A stretch of 64,000 nucleotides of DNA from Eledone cirrhosa (taxonomy: Eukaryota), in assembly GCA_964016885.1 (NCBI GenBank), contig OZ024747.1, positions 52,328,001 to 52,392,000 of the forward strand, written 5' to 3'. Below are positions 9,958 through 24,881 of the stretch, piece by piece. A program made the translations under genes and the position numbers. The notes beneath the pieces were generated by a model that saw nothing but the letters and a program-made list of their open reading frames with translations, was not told the DNA's origin and did no database searches. The first letter of the stretch is position 1. Every line of letters begins with the position of its first letter.

Positions 9958-12300
9958 AATGGTTTCTAATTTAGGCAGAAAATCAGGAATGTTGTGGTAA
10001 GGGGACAAGTTGATCATATGGACCTTAGTACTTGATTGGTAACTTATTTTATTGACCCTGGCAGGATTTGAACTCAAAACACAAAATGGCCTCTAACTAA
10101 ATACAGTTGTCCGATTCTCTCACCATTCTACCAATCCATCACCACTAGGCCACTAAGAAAAGTACATAATATCAATCCAAGGACTTGAGAAATACTTTAT
10201 CTACCTGGAAGGATGAAAAGCAAAGTTGACTTCAGCAAGATTTGAACTTAGAACGCAACAAAAAAAAAGAAAAAAAAAACAAAATAACATAACATAAAAC
10301 TGAAACATTTGGTCTGATGCTCTATCGATTTTGCTAATTGTGACTAATTAATGGTAATATTATTAATACAGGTTTGTTGGCAATTTTCTGACATGCCTTG
10401 GGCACTTTTAACTCCTGATATAGTCATAGAAGTATTTAATCCCAGTCGAGTCCATCCCGTTGCAGGTCTAAACACAGATAACTTCTTCAAAAGACGGGAA
10501 GAGAAAGAGATAGAGAGGAAGTGAGAAAGAGATATAGAGGTAGTGTTGGGCTAGTATTTTATATAGCAACCCTGAAAGGATTAATGGCAAAGTTAGATTC
10601 AGGGAATGGAGAATTTGAAATAAGAGTGCAGAAAGTCAGAAAGAATATCACAGAACATTCTATCCAAAGTTTGCCTATTGGCTTTTGCAGACATTTTTAT
10701 CATTATTTCGACTTTGCCTTTCATCCTTACGGGGTCGATAAAATAAAGTACCAGTAATACACTAGGGTAATTGCTGGCCTTGTGCCTAAAGAAGAAACAA
10801 TTATTTCTACATAGATCTGTACCAGTTTCAAAATTTCTGTTAAATATATTCTGAGATAGTAATAATTGTTTCTACTTTTGGCACAAGGCCAGCAAATTAC
10901 CCAGTACATTACTGGTACTTTATTTTATCGACCCCGTAAGGATGAAAGGCAAAGATAACCTCGACGGGATTTGAACTCAGTCCATAAAGAGATGTATAAT
11001 GATTTCTACTATAGGCAAAAGCCCAGCAATTTTTTGTTGATTAAATTGACCCCAGTGCATTGCAGGTGTTTTATTTTATCGACCCCGTAAGGATGAAAGG
11101 CAAAGTTAACCTTGGCGGGATTTGAACTCAGAACTTAAAGGGCCATAACTCTATGCCACAAAGCATGTCCGACGCCGATTCTGCCAATCCACCACCTTAA
11201 TAATAATATATATATATAACGAAGAAAGTGTGGTAAGGAACCAGATGGACCATAACGCACCAGAGTACTCAATACTTAGGGTAGTAGAAAGGGTAATAGG
11301 AAAATCTTCAAGACCTCATATATATATATATAAAATTAAGCAGTAACATGTGCTTATGCCGTATTTGACTACATAGAATGAGTCTGTTAGTTGGGATTTA
11401 AAAAAACCCACTCCAAATGGAAAAAAGGATGGGTATTGACATACATGGGAAACCAAAGATGTGTTTTCGTGTCCCATGTATGTCAATACTCATCCTTTTT
11501 TCCATTTGGAGAGTTTTTTTGAGTATGAATAAGTTCTTTAAACCTTCATGCTAGATTTATCAGTTGTTATAAGAATATTGAATACAGGACTGGGGAAGGT
11601 ATTTTAAGCAAATAGACCATGACACACAAATAACCCCCGTACAAAATATTGCCCTCCTGGGTACTGCATATAAGAAAACTGCCTGTCCAAGGTCCTTGTT
11701 CAGACTCGAGATATAGTAGATCTATTTAGTGTGCAAACCATCGATAACTATACTTCCAACATTGGTAGACAGGGAAAGCCAATTATATTGATCTCAGAAG
11801 GGAGGCAAAGTTAACCATGGTAGAATTTGTTCTGTGTAAAGAGTTGGAATAAATACTGTAGCGATATTTTACCTGATGCTCTACCAATTCCCCACCTCTT
11901 ATAATGAATTTAGGAACAAAACCAAGAGATTTTGGAGACGGCAAAGTCAATCATATCGACCCCAGTACTTCTCTGGTACTTTATTTTATCGACCTGGAAG
12001 GATGAAAGGCAAAGTTGACCTTGGGAGGGGGGGATTTGACACCAATTCTGCCAATCCACCACACATCACTAATGATGGCTTCTGTTCTAGGCACAAGGCC
12101 AACCATTTTTGGGGAGGAGAGGGGGCGGGAAGTCGATTGAATCAAACCCAGTACGTTACTGGTACTTTATTTTATCGACACCATAAAGATGAAAGACAAA
12201 ACTAACATCGGCGGGATTTGAATTCAGAGCGTAAAGGGCCGCAACTCTATGCCGAAAAGCATATTGTTCGACGCTCTACCAACTCCGCCAACCCACCACA
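9958..12300. mobile_element. Cluster of same-family SINE copies, mostly minus strand
   Basis: Core and box matches at about 9960-10145(-), 10180-10340(-), 10709-10805(+), 10860-10980(-), 11005-11197(-), 11905-12062(-) and 12075-12300(-). Confidence 0.85.
11620..11750 (+). mobile_element. 3' end fragment of an RLE-type (R4/Dong-like) non-LTR retrotransposon
   Basis: gta caa aat att gcc ctc ctg ggt act gca tat translates to VQNIALLGTAY, similar to the QK.ALLGTA.ILRK C-terminal motif of this clade. Confidence 0.5.
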
Positions 12301-12402
12301 CATCACTAATAATGATAATAATAATATTCTTACTTGAAAAATTTTTTTTTTAAGTACGAAGAAAAAAATTTAAATCAACTTTGTTTTGTTTTGTTAGTTG
12401 TT

Positions 12403-12417
12403 TTTATTCATTTTATT
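12403..12417 (-). terminator. Tandem AATAAA polyadenylation signals, candidate distal end of the zinc-finger transcript
   Basis: Two tttatt hexamers on the + strand (12403-12408, 12412-12417), located at the boundary between TE-dense DNA and strand-skewed UTR-like DNA. AATAAA is common in this composition. Confidence 0.3.
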
Positions 12418-12733
12418 CACTTTTCTTTCTTTTTTTTTCATTTTTTACAAATTGGTACCATTAAAATCAAGTCCTATGTGTCTTTGTTTTTTTATCATGT
12501 ATGGAACATTGACAACAATAATAAAATAAACAATAATGAAAAAGGGGGGTTGTTGTTGTTCTGTTGTTTTCGTTTCTCTCAAACATCAAACATCATCTTT
12601 CTCAGTTTTTTTTAAATAAAAATTCTCTCTCTCTCTCTCTCTCTCTACTTCCCTATTTATCATATATATATATATATATTCTTTTTTTTCCAATTAACAA
12701 GCGCTTTTCCACACTAACATGAATATATATGTA

Positions 12734-12777
<44 letters not shown>

Positions 12778-14272
12778 CACACACACACATATATTCATGC
12801 ACGAATGCATTAAATAATAGATAAAACATTTACACACACACATAAAAAAGCGAAATGAAAGCAACCAACCCATACAGTTGGGAAATTAAACAGAAATGAC
12901 AAACCATTAAAAGGCAGAGAGGAGGGAAAAGGAGTTTTGAAAATAGTGAGATAATAATCTGAAACCCTTTCACTCCACAAAAAACATATCTAAATGATGT
13001 AGCTTGCTTAATATATGATAGAAATAAACTCAAGAGAGAGCTGGACAGCAGACGGTCTTCAGAGAAGAAGCCCCTCTTATACAAGTGTCTAGGCCATATA
13101 TATAATGACCCATGATATGGCTTCTCAACATTACAGTAAAACAGTAAACTTGGTTTTCAGTTTTGAAATTAAATTGAGTGAAAAGAGCAAGTTTTATTAT
13201 GAAATTATTTGGCTTAGTTAAATAAAATAATCAGTTGAACTGTAATGTAAAAGTATATTAATTTACTTCTCTTTTACTGGGTTCAGTCTTTAGATTATAT
13301 TAAGATAAGAGTAGATTCTTTTAAACAACACTCTAAATAATTGTATCTCCACCTTACTCTACAAAAATAGCAGTGTGTTATTTGGGGCTGTATTTTGTGC
13401 ATTTTGCAATTTCAAAAGAGTGCAAAATTTGAAATACTATATTAAGGAAAAAACAAAACAAAAAAAAAAGACAAAATAAAATAGCCACATCACATTGAAG
13501 ACACTGGTTCTAACTGGAAGTTATATAACAGCCTAGCTTAAGATGATCTAAACCAGAGCTCATTGACAGTTGAAATCCATTTGGAAGTTATTAAATAGAT
13601 AAAAAAAAGAGACCTATTCCTGCCAGACAAAATAAGTTCAGTTTAACTCTATTGAAAAATTGCTGTTTGCAAAGAGTACAAGGTATTGAGAATCTATGTC
13701 CTCTTTATAGTAAAGATAGAAGAGATATTCAGCGATCATGATAGTGTTTATACATACTTTCATACTTTTATTATTGTCATGATAAATTTAAAATAATTAC
13801 TAAATATATTAAAGTTTAAAATATTGACATATAAATTTATATTCCTTTAGCAATCACACACACTTTCTCGCTATTTCAGTATTCACTATGAATTCTACAC
13901 GAATACACACACACACATACATACACAGAGAGAGAAAGAGATTTGAATTATTACAAAAAAAAAGGGGGGAGAAGGGTGTTATAAAGGTAATGCTGTACAA
14001 ATATGCGAGGAAGAAATGACAATGGGGGGGGGGAGTGGAAAGGGCGAAATAGAGAGATGATAAAAAAAGGTTTTACACATACATCATACACAAAACAAAT
14101 TTTTTTGTTAGTTTTTAATATGAGAATTCAAAAAGAAAAAAAGTGTTTCTTCTTCTTCAAATCATAAAAATTTTAAATAAAATATGAGATGGCAAAAAAA
14201 AAAAAGAAAAAGAAAATGGAGAGGATTTTTAGAGGTATATTGGAAAAATGATAGAAAAACAAAATAAATCAA

Positions 14273-14308
<36 letters not shown>

Positions 14309-14940
14309 GTAATAATAATAATAAGCATAATTTCACGCTACTATAAATCAGGGAACGACCCGGGGGAAGGGATTACAATAAAAAGTCGTCACCATACTAC
14401 ATAGTTTAATGGCACTTGGTGTTCCTTCTCCCTACACAGTGAAGGCTTAGCTTTTTGGGCTTTTATTTATTTATTTTTTTCTTTGAAAAAAAAAATAATG
14501 ATAATAATAATAAGAATAAAACACCGTTTTTCTTAATGAAATTTTTCCCTTTCAACACAGAACAGTAATGTCAGGAGTGACAACTTGCACTGAAAAATAA
14601 AGATTTCTTCTTTTTTTTCAAAGAAATTGAAAAATATAATAATAAAAATAATAATAGTAGTAATAGTAATAATAATTATAATTCTATAATAATTCCAGGT
14701 TAGTGGAAGAGAAGGTATTTTGAATACAAGAAAAAAAACAAAAAGAGAGCAAAAAAAAATTGAAGGAGAAAAGTTAATAAATTAAGATATAGAAACTGAG
14801 AAGAAGGTATCGAAGGATAGGTAGATAGAGAGAAAGTGTAAGAGAGAGTGAAGGGTGGGGGAAAGAGTTTAGACGACAAACCATCCAGCAATATTAGGAA
14901 TCTTCTTTCCTTGTATTCTACAACATTCTTCTTTAGCATG

Positions 14941-15019
<79 letters not shown>

Positions 15020-15039
15020 GTATATATATATATGTATAT

Positions 15040-15073
<34 letters not shown>

Positions 15074-15479
15074 ATAATATATGAAGGGAAAGATTGAAAT
15101 ATAAATAAATAAGAATAAAAGAATACGGGAATGAGGGAGGGATAGTCGTGTTCTTTTTCTTTTGTTTTAAGTAGCAGTTCATAACTATATTTACATGAGG
15201 ACACATTTTTTCTAAATTAACATTTAATATACATATATATATACATATATATATATATACATACATACACATATATATCTTTACTTTTTTTGTTGTTAAT
15301 TAAACAAGACTTTATCTGTATTTGTTTATATATAACTTTTTCTTTTTAATTGATATTAAAATATTAAAATAAAAATATACTTTTTAAACATTTAGACTAT
15401 TAATATATGTCTATAATATTATTATTATTAAATAATTGTTACTCTGATAGCAGTGATCTTAAGATAAGAAAAAGCATTA

Positions 15480-15552
<73 letters not shown>

Positions 15553-16198
15553 ATGTTGCTAAAGGTCAACGATGATAAAAAAAATCTAATGACCTTAACA
15601 AAGAAATAAATAGTTATTAACACATACACTAAAAATAAAACACCTACTGGGAACTGATAATTAATAAAGAAAAAGGTTACCTAATAACTCAATTAAGATC
15701 CAGACAGACAAAAACATCCTAACTCTCTCTTGTGATTGATTGATTTGACTAATTGATATAAAAATGAGATTGGAGGAATAGCTGATGATTATCTTAAAAA
15801 AAAAAAAATAATGATAATGATAATAAAATGAAGTATTTTCTAAGATAGATGAAGAGAAAGGAACAATTGCATAATCCGTCTCATAAATGATGAATTATAT
15901 AAAACAGGCATAGATTTAAAACTGCCTGCAGCTATTGCAGTTATAACTGTCCAGGTTCCTTCTTTGAGAGAATAAGGGAATAAATATTTAAGTTAAGCCT
16001 CTGGCTTTCTTAAGGCCATAAAAATCTAAATATTCGATTCACAGCCTGATGAATATTTATAAAGGAAAAAAGATAATTAATAATAATAGTAATAATAATA
16101 ATGGTGGTAGTAATGATAATAATAATACATCTAAGCAAAAATGGCTGAGGTAGTTGAGAATGTTAGCTTTTTTCTTTCTTTTTTTTTTTAAATATATA

Positions 16199-16245
<47 letters not shown>

Positions 16246-16261
16246 CACATACATACATGTG

Positions 16262-16293
<32 letters not shown>

Positions 16294-19200
16294 GATATAA
16301 TCATACAGTTTATGAACATATTGATGAAGACATACATTTGTTAATATATTTATTAGTAACAAAATAGTAAAAATACTGCATTTTGAGCTCTGATTTAATT
16401 GTTAGCATCTTCAATTAATTAATTAATTATTAAAGAATTAAACAAGGAATAAAAAGGAGAGGTCAGAGAAATATTATTGATATAGAGGCTTGGAGTGTAC
16501 GAGGAGGAGAGAAGGGCAGGAAAATAAACTTTTAAAGATTTTAATTTTTTTTTAATTTATTTTGATGAGGACCGTTTCATTTTTTTGTTCCATTATGAAT
16601 TATTCTGATTTCTATTGTAAGGTATAGAGAGGAAAATCCAGATTTTGAGCACTCTAATATAATTAAGAAGATAGTTATTTTCCACGCTTTAACATTTATC
16701 AAAATGCAAAATATTTAGAATAAATTGTTTTTAATAACTTCCATGAAATAAAATAAGAAAAACAAAAATCAAATAAAACTGCCATTACTATCTATGTCTT
16801 GAAATTTATAATACATTCATGGACACACACATGTATAAATGATGATTTTCCACCAGTTGCAATGATGAGAAATCAGTTATTCATTTAACTGAATGTCCAA
16901 CTTGTGAATTAAGGTGTAAGTGGTTGACTATTCCACAGACACGTGTATCCTTAACATAATTCCCAAACTGAATATAACAAAGCTGGACCTTTCAATTACA
17001 GGTGCCTTCCATAGAGTTTCCTTCCATCTACCCAATTTCACCTACAAGGCTTGGGTCAACCTGAGACTATCGCGAAGGCTCAAGATGTCATGTAATGGGA
17101 TTGAACACGAGACCTCATGATTGTGAAATAAACTTTTTAACTATTTAGTCATGTCAGTATCCACACATCTATGTTCTATGTATATGTATACACACATATA
17201 CATTATATACAAACACACACACCACACAAATATATCTATATGTATTTTGTTGATTTGATTTTACTTTTATACTAATAAATCAAAATAATTATATAATCTG
17301 AAAGAATATATTTAATATTTATAATTTTTCTTGGAGGGGCAGGTAAAGATATTTATACTGAATATTTTTTCATGTCTATTCTTACAAAATTCAAAAGAAA
17401 ATATTTTGAAATAGAACAAGAAAATCAAACAAACAAAAAACTCATATTTGCCACCAAAATATGAAGAAATCCCCCCAAACTATCAACAAGATGAAGGTGT
17501 CATATATATATGTATTTTAGGCATTTTCTGGCAACAGAAATATTCTTTAAAGGTTTCTAAAACATCTATCAAGCAGCAGGGTGATTCCTCCACCCCTCAC
17601 CCCCCAAAAAAGAACTATTTATTATTAAGCAAACATACACATTATTCACTCCAAAATGGGGACTGTTGGTATGTAGGGACCAGAAAGCTAGAATGAAAAT
17701 CACTAATACAAGGTACAGAAAACCAAGACAAAGTCAGAAAGGATTGCACCACGAAGTATTAAAAGAAGTAACAAAACTATATTTAAATGTTTCTTCACTA
17801 GCTTAATAGCCTGAATAAAATATTATGACGACAATGGTATCAAGATTTAGTTTAATTCTATGCCGCCCATGGTCCCTTAACTCTTAAGGGAGTCACAGAG
17901 GTGCCATTGTGCCCTGGGTATTTTAAACCTGGCATTGCCCATCCCTCTCCAGGTCTGAACAAAGCTGATTTCTTCTAGAGAATGAGAGAGATAAAGACAA
18001 AGTGAGAAATAGATAAAGAGAAAGAATCGGCCCCAGTACTAGACTGGTACTTTATTGACCTCGAAAGTATGAAAGGCAATGTTGATAGTCAGAAGAAATA
18101 CTCCAAAGAATTAATTCCATCCGATGTCCAGACAACTCTGACAAATTTGCTGCCCTAAGGCCTAGTTAACACCACCAAACTAGAAGTCAACTCCATCAGC
18201 TATACAATGTTCTTTATTCTTCACTGAACATCATATAAACTAGACATTAAACTGACATCTATGATTGGAACACAGAAAAACACAATCCAGTAAAATGTAT
18301 TTGTGGTATGTGTGTGTATATGACTGGATTAAGTCAAGATATTGTGCAATATTACCCCCCAAAAAACAGATAAATTTCATGTATAATTGAGTGAAGCAAT
18401 GGTGTTAATAATTTACAATTTATTATGATACGTATATACTTGCACACATCATATATACATATATACGATATACATGTGTCTATATATATATTCATATATA
18501 CACACACATATGCTTAGTTTTATAATATAGCAAAGGATTCAACAATGACTTGGCTAGAAACCACATTTAAGCAAATTGTGTATATGGACTAGACCAGAGA
18601 GCATTTAGAGAGGAGGTGGGAACTGGAATATATTTCCAATTAAACCAGTATTCACTGCATTCAACAAATTTTTCTAAAGGATTCCAATTTTTTTTTTATC
18701 ATAAAGATAATAATAATGAAAATAATGATCCCAAAGAAAGAAGTACGAGGGTTAAATTTAACGAGCACCAACAATTTTCCAGTGGTCATATCCTATCGTT
18801 AGAAAATAATTTAACAGCAAAACTGATTCGAGGTTGCATCTATTTTTAATTAATTAAGAAATATACTTCTTTTTTTTTTTATTTAAAAATTTGCCATGAA
18901 TCTGTCAAGTGAAATGAGAGAGGACAAACAAGGGAGATTATGACCTACGTCTTTTGTCCATGAGGACATAAGAAGTATTGTATTATAAGTGAAATAGTTC
19001 CATTTGGCAACTGAAAGCCAGTAATTAGATTGAGGTTTATAGGTTTATTCAATAACTTACCACCACTACAAGGCAGTCATCATGATTAAAAATTCCAAGG
19101 AGTTTTAAAAGGAGCAAAACGATTTGTTTCCATATATTAATTATATTGTATTATGGTTGTTTGCTTTCTGAGGGTTTTTGAAAACTTAAGAAATGTAAAA

Positions 19201-19311
19201 CAAAACAAAACATGATCTTCAATTCCATGCCACTGTCACTACGCACCTGGACCCATCCCAATCATTCTATACCCCAATATACAGAAGTAAAATAATAATA
19301 ACAAAGATGAT

Positions 19312-19755
19312 AATGGTTTCTAATTTAGGAAGAAGGCCAGCAATTTTAGGGGAAGGGAAAGTTGATGAAAATGACGTCATTACTTGATTGGTACTCTACT
19401 ATATCAACCCAGCAGGGATGAAAGGCAAAGTTGATTTCATCAGGATTTAAACTCAGAATGTAAAGAGGCGTAACTAATTGGTGCAAAGCATTTAGTCTGA
19501 CGCTCTACCAATTCCGTCAATCCACCATCCAGTAATAATGACTCCTTATTTTGACACAAGGTCAGCAATTTGGGGGAGGGGAGAAGTTGATTATATCAAC
19601 CCCAGTACTTTACTGGTACTTATTTTATTGACCCTGAAAGGATGAAAGGTAAAAAGTTGACCTCAGCGGAATTTGAATTCAGAATGTAAAGAGTTGGAGT
19701 AAATACCACCTAGTATTCTATACAACACCCTAAAGATTCTATCAATTCTCCACCT
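19312..19755 (-). mobile_element. Two tandem SINE copies
   Basis: Reverse-complement core ctggtactttattttattgaccctgaaaggatgaaagg and B-box complement gga(a)ttt(a/g)aa(c/t)tc occur twice. Partial minus-strand copies also lie at about 18030, 21848, 28005, 28130, 28507 and 31905. Confidence 0.85.
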
Positions 19756-22700
19756 AATTATAGTAATGATAATAAAGACACCCCACCAACCACTGCCACA
19801 AATAATATATTTACTGCGAATGTCAGTATGTTGCTGGATGATTGGTCAGTCCTTTTATTGGTTTTTTTTTTTTGTTTGTTTTTTGTTTGGAAATCTGAGA
19901 TCAACCAAAAGTTGTCACTGTTATAATAATCAGAGGGCACTGCAAAAGAGCTACAGTACTGTTCTGTTTTTCATTTATCTTACAAGGGATTGATTCCAGC
20001 AGATACTAAAAAGAATAATGATAATAATAATAATTTTTTTTCTTTTTTTAAAATCATCATTTTACAAAGACAAAAATAAATTAATAATGATGAGACAACA
20101 GAGCCAATCTTTTTTTTTTTTTTTGAAAAAAAAAAAAAAAAAATGATAATGATAATAATGATAATGATAATAATAATAATAGTAATAATATCTATGGTTC
20201 AGAAAATAAAAACCAACAACAACAGGAAAAGCAACTTCAAAATATTTTGCAACACTTATATATACACACACACACACATACATACATATAGACATATATG
20301 TGCGTGGCTATGTGTGGGTATAATAAAACAGCAAAAAAAAAAAAAAAAACTTTCTAAATTTAACTTGCTTAAAAAAAAAAAAGAAAACAAAACTATATTT
20401 GATGATAACTGTAATAAAATTATGTGGTAGTAAATAAAATTGTCTAACCATTATGCAGAGAGGGAGAGGGGCAGGATAGTGAAGGAGGCAAAGGGGAGAG
20501 GGTGGGGACAAGCACACGCGACAGGTGTGACAATTCCAAATATAATACACATGATTGAAAGATTTGAAGAGAGAGAGAAAGAGAGATAAAGGAAGGGGTG
20601 TAGGGAATTATGTTTTTTTTTTAAAACTAGACAAAAACTTCCAAAAAATAAAAATAAAGGGAGGGGGGATAAAATACATACATATGTGTTTATATAGATG
20701 TTAGAAAAAAACGTATTAACACTTGTTTTGTTTTTTGTTGTTTTTTTTCCCATTCATTCATTCATATAGAAATAACATCTCTAATATTAATTATATCTAT
20801 CTGAACAAAAACAAAAAAAGAAAAAAAAATTCAATTAAACGAGAAAACAGGCGTTGCCAATTGCTCTTTATATATTTCCATCACGCTTTAAGTTGGTGAG
20901 CAATTTAGAACACCTTGTATATCTCATTAGCCAACATTCGGCTCTTGTTGATATGTACATTTCTGAGATAAAGAGGACTTTCCTGTAAAAAATGGAAACT
21001 AGGACAGCAAAGCAAGACACCATTGTAGGAGAATTATTGATAGAGTCTTGCAAACGTCAACATTTAAAAGCTAGAATCTATCTGTGTCTCATTAGTGAAG
21101 TGCCTTTAAATACATATATACACATATACATATGTATATATATATATATATATGCACACATACATATGTATGTGTGCATACAGAGGTAAGAAGTCAGAAA
21201 AATATACAAACAGGTCAAAAAGAAAAGAATATGGAAACTCTTGCATATTATGTGTTATCAACAAAATCAGAGTTTAACGTTTGGCAGGGTTATGGGGAAT
21301 GGGGTGAAAATAAACCAGGAAAGTCCACAATACCTGAGAAAAATAACATATTTCGAGGGGGAAGAAGTATCTCTACCTTGCATTTCCGGGTTACAAACTC
21401 TCATTAAAAATGGTACACAGAAATTTGAGAACAATGTTTTTTTTAAAACTGTTACAATTATTTAGATGATGTGTGCTTCCAAGAAGCACAGAAATAATAT
21501 TTTCTTTGAAAAGCAAGGGAAAAAAAAAAAAAAAATCAATTTCAGAGGGTGAGAGAGTGAGAGGAAGGGTACAGGGCATGAGAGATTGATCAGTTAACAT
21601 TTATCTAGTTGAAAGAAAGCAAATAAAGTTTAAGAACTACATCGAGTCCATGGAGGCTATCACATATTGTTATATCATCCGGGCACTGTATTTAAAACCT
21701 CCACAAACTCGATGTTTTCCAGACTCTTTTATTGCTTTTTCACGATAAATAATTAAAAAAAAAGTATTTCTTTGCTTTTGTGCCAACCCCATCAAACAGG
21801 ATTATCGAAAGTAAAGAGAGCTTCCCAATAATAATATTAATAATAATGGTTTCTATTTTAGGCACAAGGCCATCAATTTTAGAGAGGAAAGCCGATTGAA
21901 TTGACCCCAGTACTTGACTGGTATTTTCTTTTATTGACTTAGATGTAGTAGTAATAATAATAATAACGGTATGCCTCCCCACCACTTCTCTCCTTTTTTA
22001 AGGAAAAAAAAACTCTATGACTCCACTTACTAAATCTTAAATCAAGAAACAGCAGTGTCAAGAACAGTGTACAACTCTATCCCACCTCAACACAGAAAAA
22101 AAATCTTTGGAAAAAAAAAAAAAAGCAGGGAAAAACAATCGATAAACTATTGATATATCACAAAAATGAAAGAAATCTACACAAATGACAACAGAGAGAG
22201 AGGGGGGGAGAGAAGTAGGGGAAGAAGCGAGGTAGGGGGAGATAAGCAACATATCATTTTATTTTGTTGTTTTAAACCTTACCTAAGAGAAAAGCCTGGA
22301 AACGTGTGATCAGTGATGAAAAAGAGAGTTATGAAGTCCTTCATAGATTGTCCCGACTTGTAATTTTAACAAAGAGCCAGAGAGGAATTAAAAAAAAAAA
22401 CAACAACCAAACAAAAACAAATAGAGAATTGAAAGTATAGAGTGAAGAATGATTCACCCAATATAGAAACATGGTCAAAGAAACTATAAGAACACCAGAT
22501 ATAACTAGAATCTGGTAGAGAAAAAAAAAATAGTAGATTTATTTAATGATCAGAGCTATGCTTTCATGATTTTAGAGGCTGAAAGAAGGATGACATTCAC
22601 ATATGCACATACAGACATACACAGAAAAATATGGTAAAAAGGAGGAGGAGGGTGGATGTAGAAAAACAGCATGGAATAATTCTCAAGTAATATCATCTTC

Positions 22701-22842
22701 CTTGGAGGGTAATTAACAAAGAAATGAAAATAAACCAGCAAATTATAAAGTCTTAAAAACCCAAAATCAGAAAACACTGATTTTAAATAAGCAGTGCCTG
22801 AAATATTTACAAAGAAAATTTAAGAGGGGGCATTTTAAAGTT

Positions 22843-22875
<33 letters not shown>

Positions 22876-24112
22876 CATTATTGCCATAGAACAAAAATCC
22901 AAACTAAAATGAAATGGAATAAACCATTCTACCTATATTAAATCTATCAACCATTTCACAGAAGTACCAAGAAGTTAGAATATTCCCAACTGGCACCACT
23001 GTCAGATGATAATATTGTTGGAAGTTGATTATTAAATAACAGAGGAAGAACTCAAAGAAAAAAGTATATAAATAAATAAAAATAGCAAATGATATAAAAA
23101 AAATTAAAATGTCAAGTTATTATCTATTGGTATGCCCATAAAAAACAAACTGGTAATAAGCCCAGGCTAGATATGAAATGCAGGCCACCTCGAAAGTGAA
23201 ATGCCCCATTTGAAACCATTCATTCACTGTTGTAGCAATCAGTTTTAAATACATATGATTATAAGTTACAAGTGTATATATGTTGTGCATATGATGTACA
23301 TACATGAAACAACACAATAAAAGAACTAGAACTTGAGGGACATAGGGCCCACTTCTTAGAATCATAGGCCCATGACAATTAGTCCCCACTTCTGGTCTGA
23401 CCTGATTATAGAATATTTGGAAAACTTATTTAGAATTACTATTGCTATTTTCAATAGAAATATACTAAACCTCTAAGGCTGTCTAAGAAACAATAAAAAT
23501 AATGGTACTTGTAAACTTTAATCTAAAATAGGTCCACCCACCTCTGGAAATTACCAATTTTTTTACAGGTAAGGAATTTCTAACATCTAAAGAACATACT
23601 TTAGTAATTTTTGTAATATTTTTAAAGTAATAAATTACTGGAAACAAAAAACCTCAAACTTATAAATTACTTTTGTAAATATACACATATCATTTATATT
23701 ATATATATACACACACAGCTGTTGATTCACTCTGTTGTTCCTCACAGTTTCTTGCCATGTATGGCTGAACCTTCAGGTGACAAAATCTCCTATGTGTGAC
23801 CTGATGGTCAAAAGAAACTCTGAATAGCAACAGAGCCAACCATCAGCTTAAACTAAATAAACTCTATGAATTATTTACCATTGATATACACGTATGTGTG
23901 TGTAGGTGGGTTACAGGTGTTGCTTTAAAAAAAAATACTTATTTAAAATCAAAGTTTCTTAACTAGATAGAGCATAGAATGTGTAACTGAGAAAAGAGGC
24001 ATGAGATAAATATGAATACACTGATCATTCATAAACCAGAGCAATGCCACAATGCTTTCATAAGACCATTAAAAAAACAACATAATGGTATAGTTTCAGT
24101 AGGTGAACATAA

Positions 24113-24175
<63 letters not shown>

Positions 24176-24824
24176 ATATATAGCTAGCACATTTGTAAGT
24201 GTATTTGTTTCTGTGTATAGATAGATATGTATATATGTAAAATATAGTTTGAAGATGGAATGTTATTACTGATGTAATAGGAAGTTGTAACAGAAAAAGC
24301 AAAGCAGGGAGTAAGAAGAGTAAGAACGTCTAAGCACTAAAAATATAAACTAGAACCAAATATCTAAAAGTATAATATAGAATTGAGAGATCACCCCTTT
24401 AAAACTATTTTGTATTTTCTAAACGAGGCTCTGATAAAATATATTCTTGCAATTATAATTATAATGAAGTAGTTAACAATTAAACAAAAATAAAATGCAA
24501 TGCTCCTAACTCCAAGAAGAAATTGTATAATGATACATGAGAGAGCCTTTCCTAGCTTAATATCTACATCAGTCATTCCCAAACCTTTTCATTACCAAGG
24601 ACCCTGTCTGTTTATATAAGTAACTATTCACACAAGGCCAAGGAGTTTGAAAGGCCTGTCTTACTTAACAAAGTGACATACTGTCCCTAGTACTTCCTTG
24701 GCAAAAACACCCAGGAATCAGTGGAGCACAGGTTGGGGAACTGCTGTTTGACATTACACTTGATGATTTTGATTTTTAAATTATCTGAAACAAGCCAAGA
24801 TGAATTACATCTACACTATTCTAG

Positions 24825-24881
<57 letters not shown>

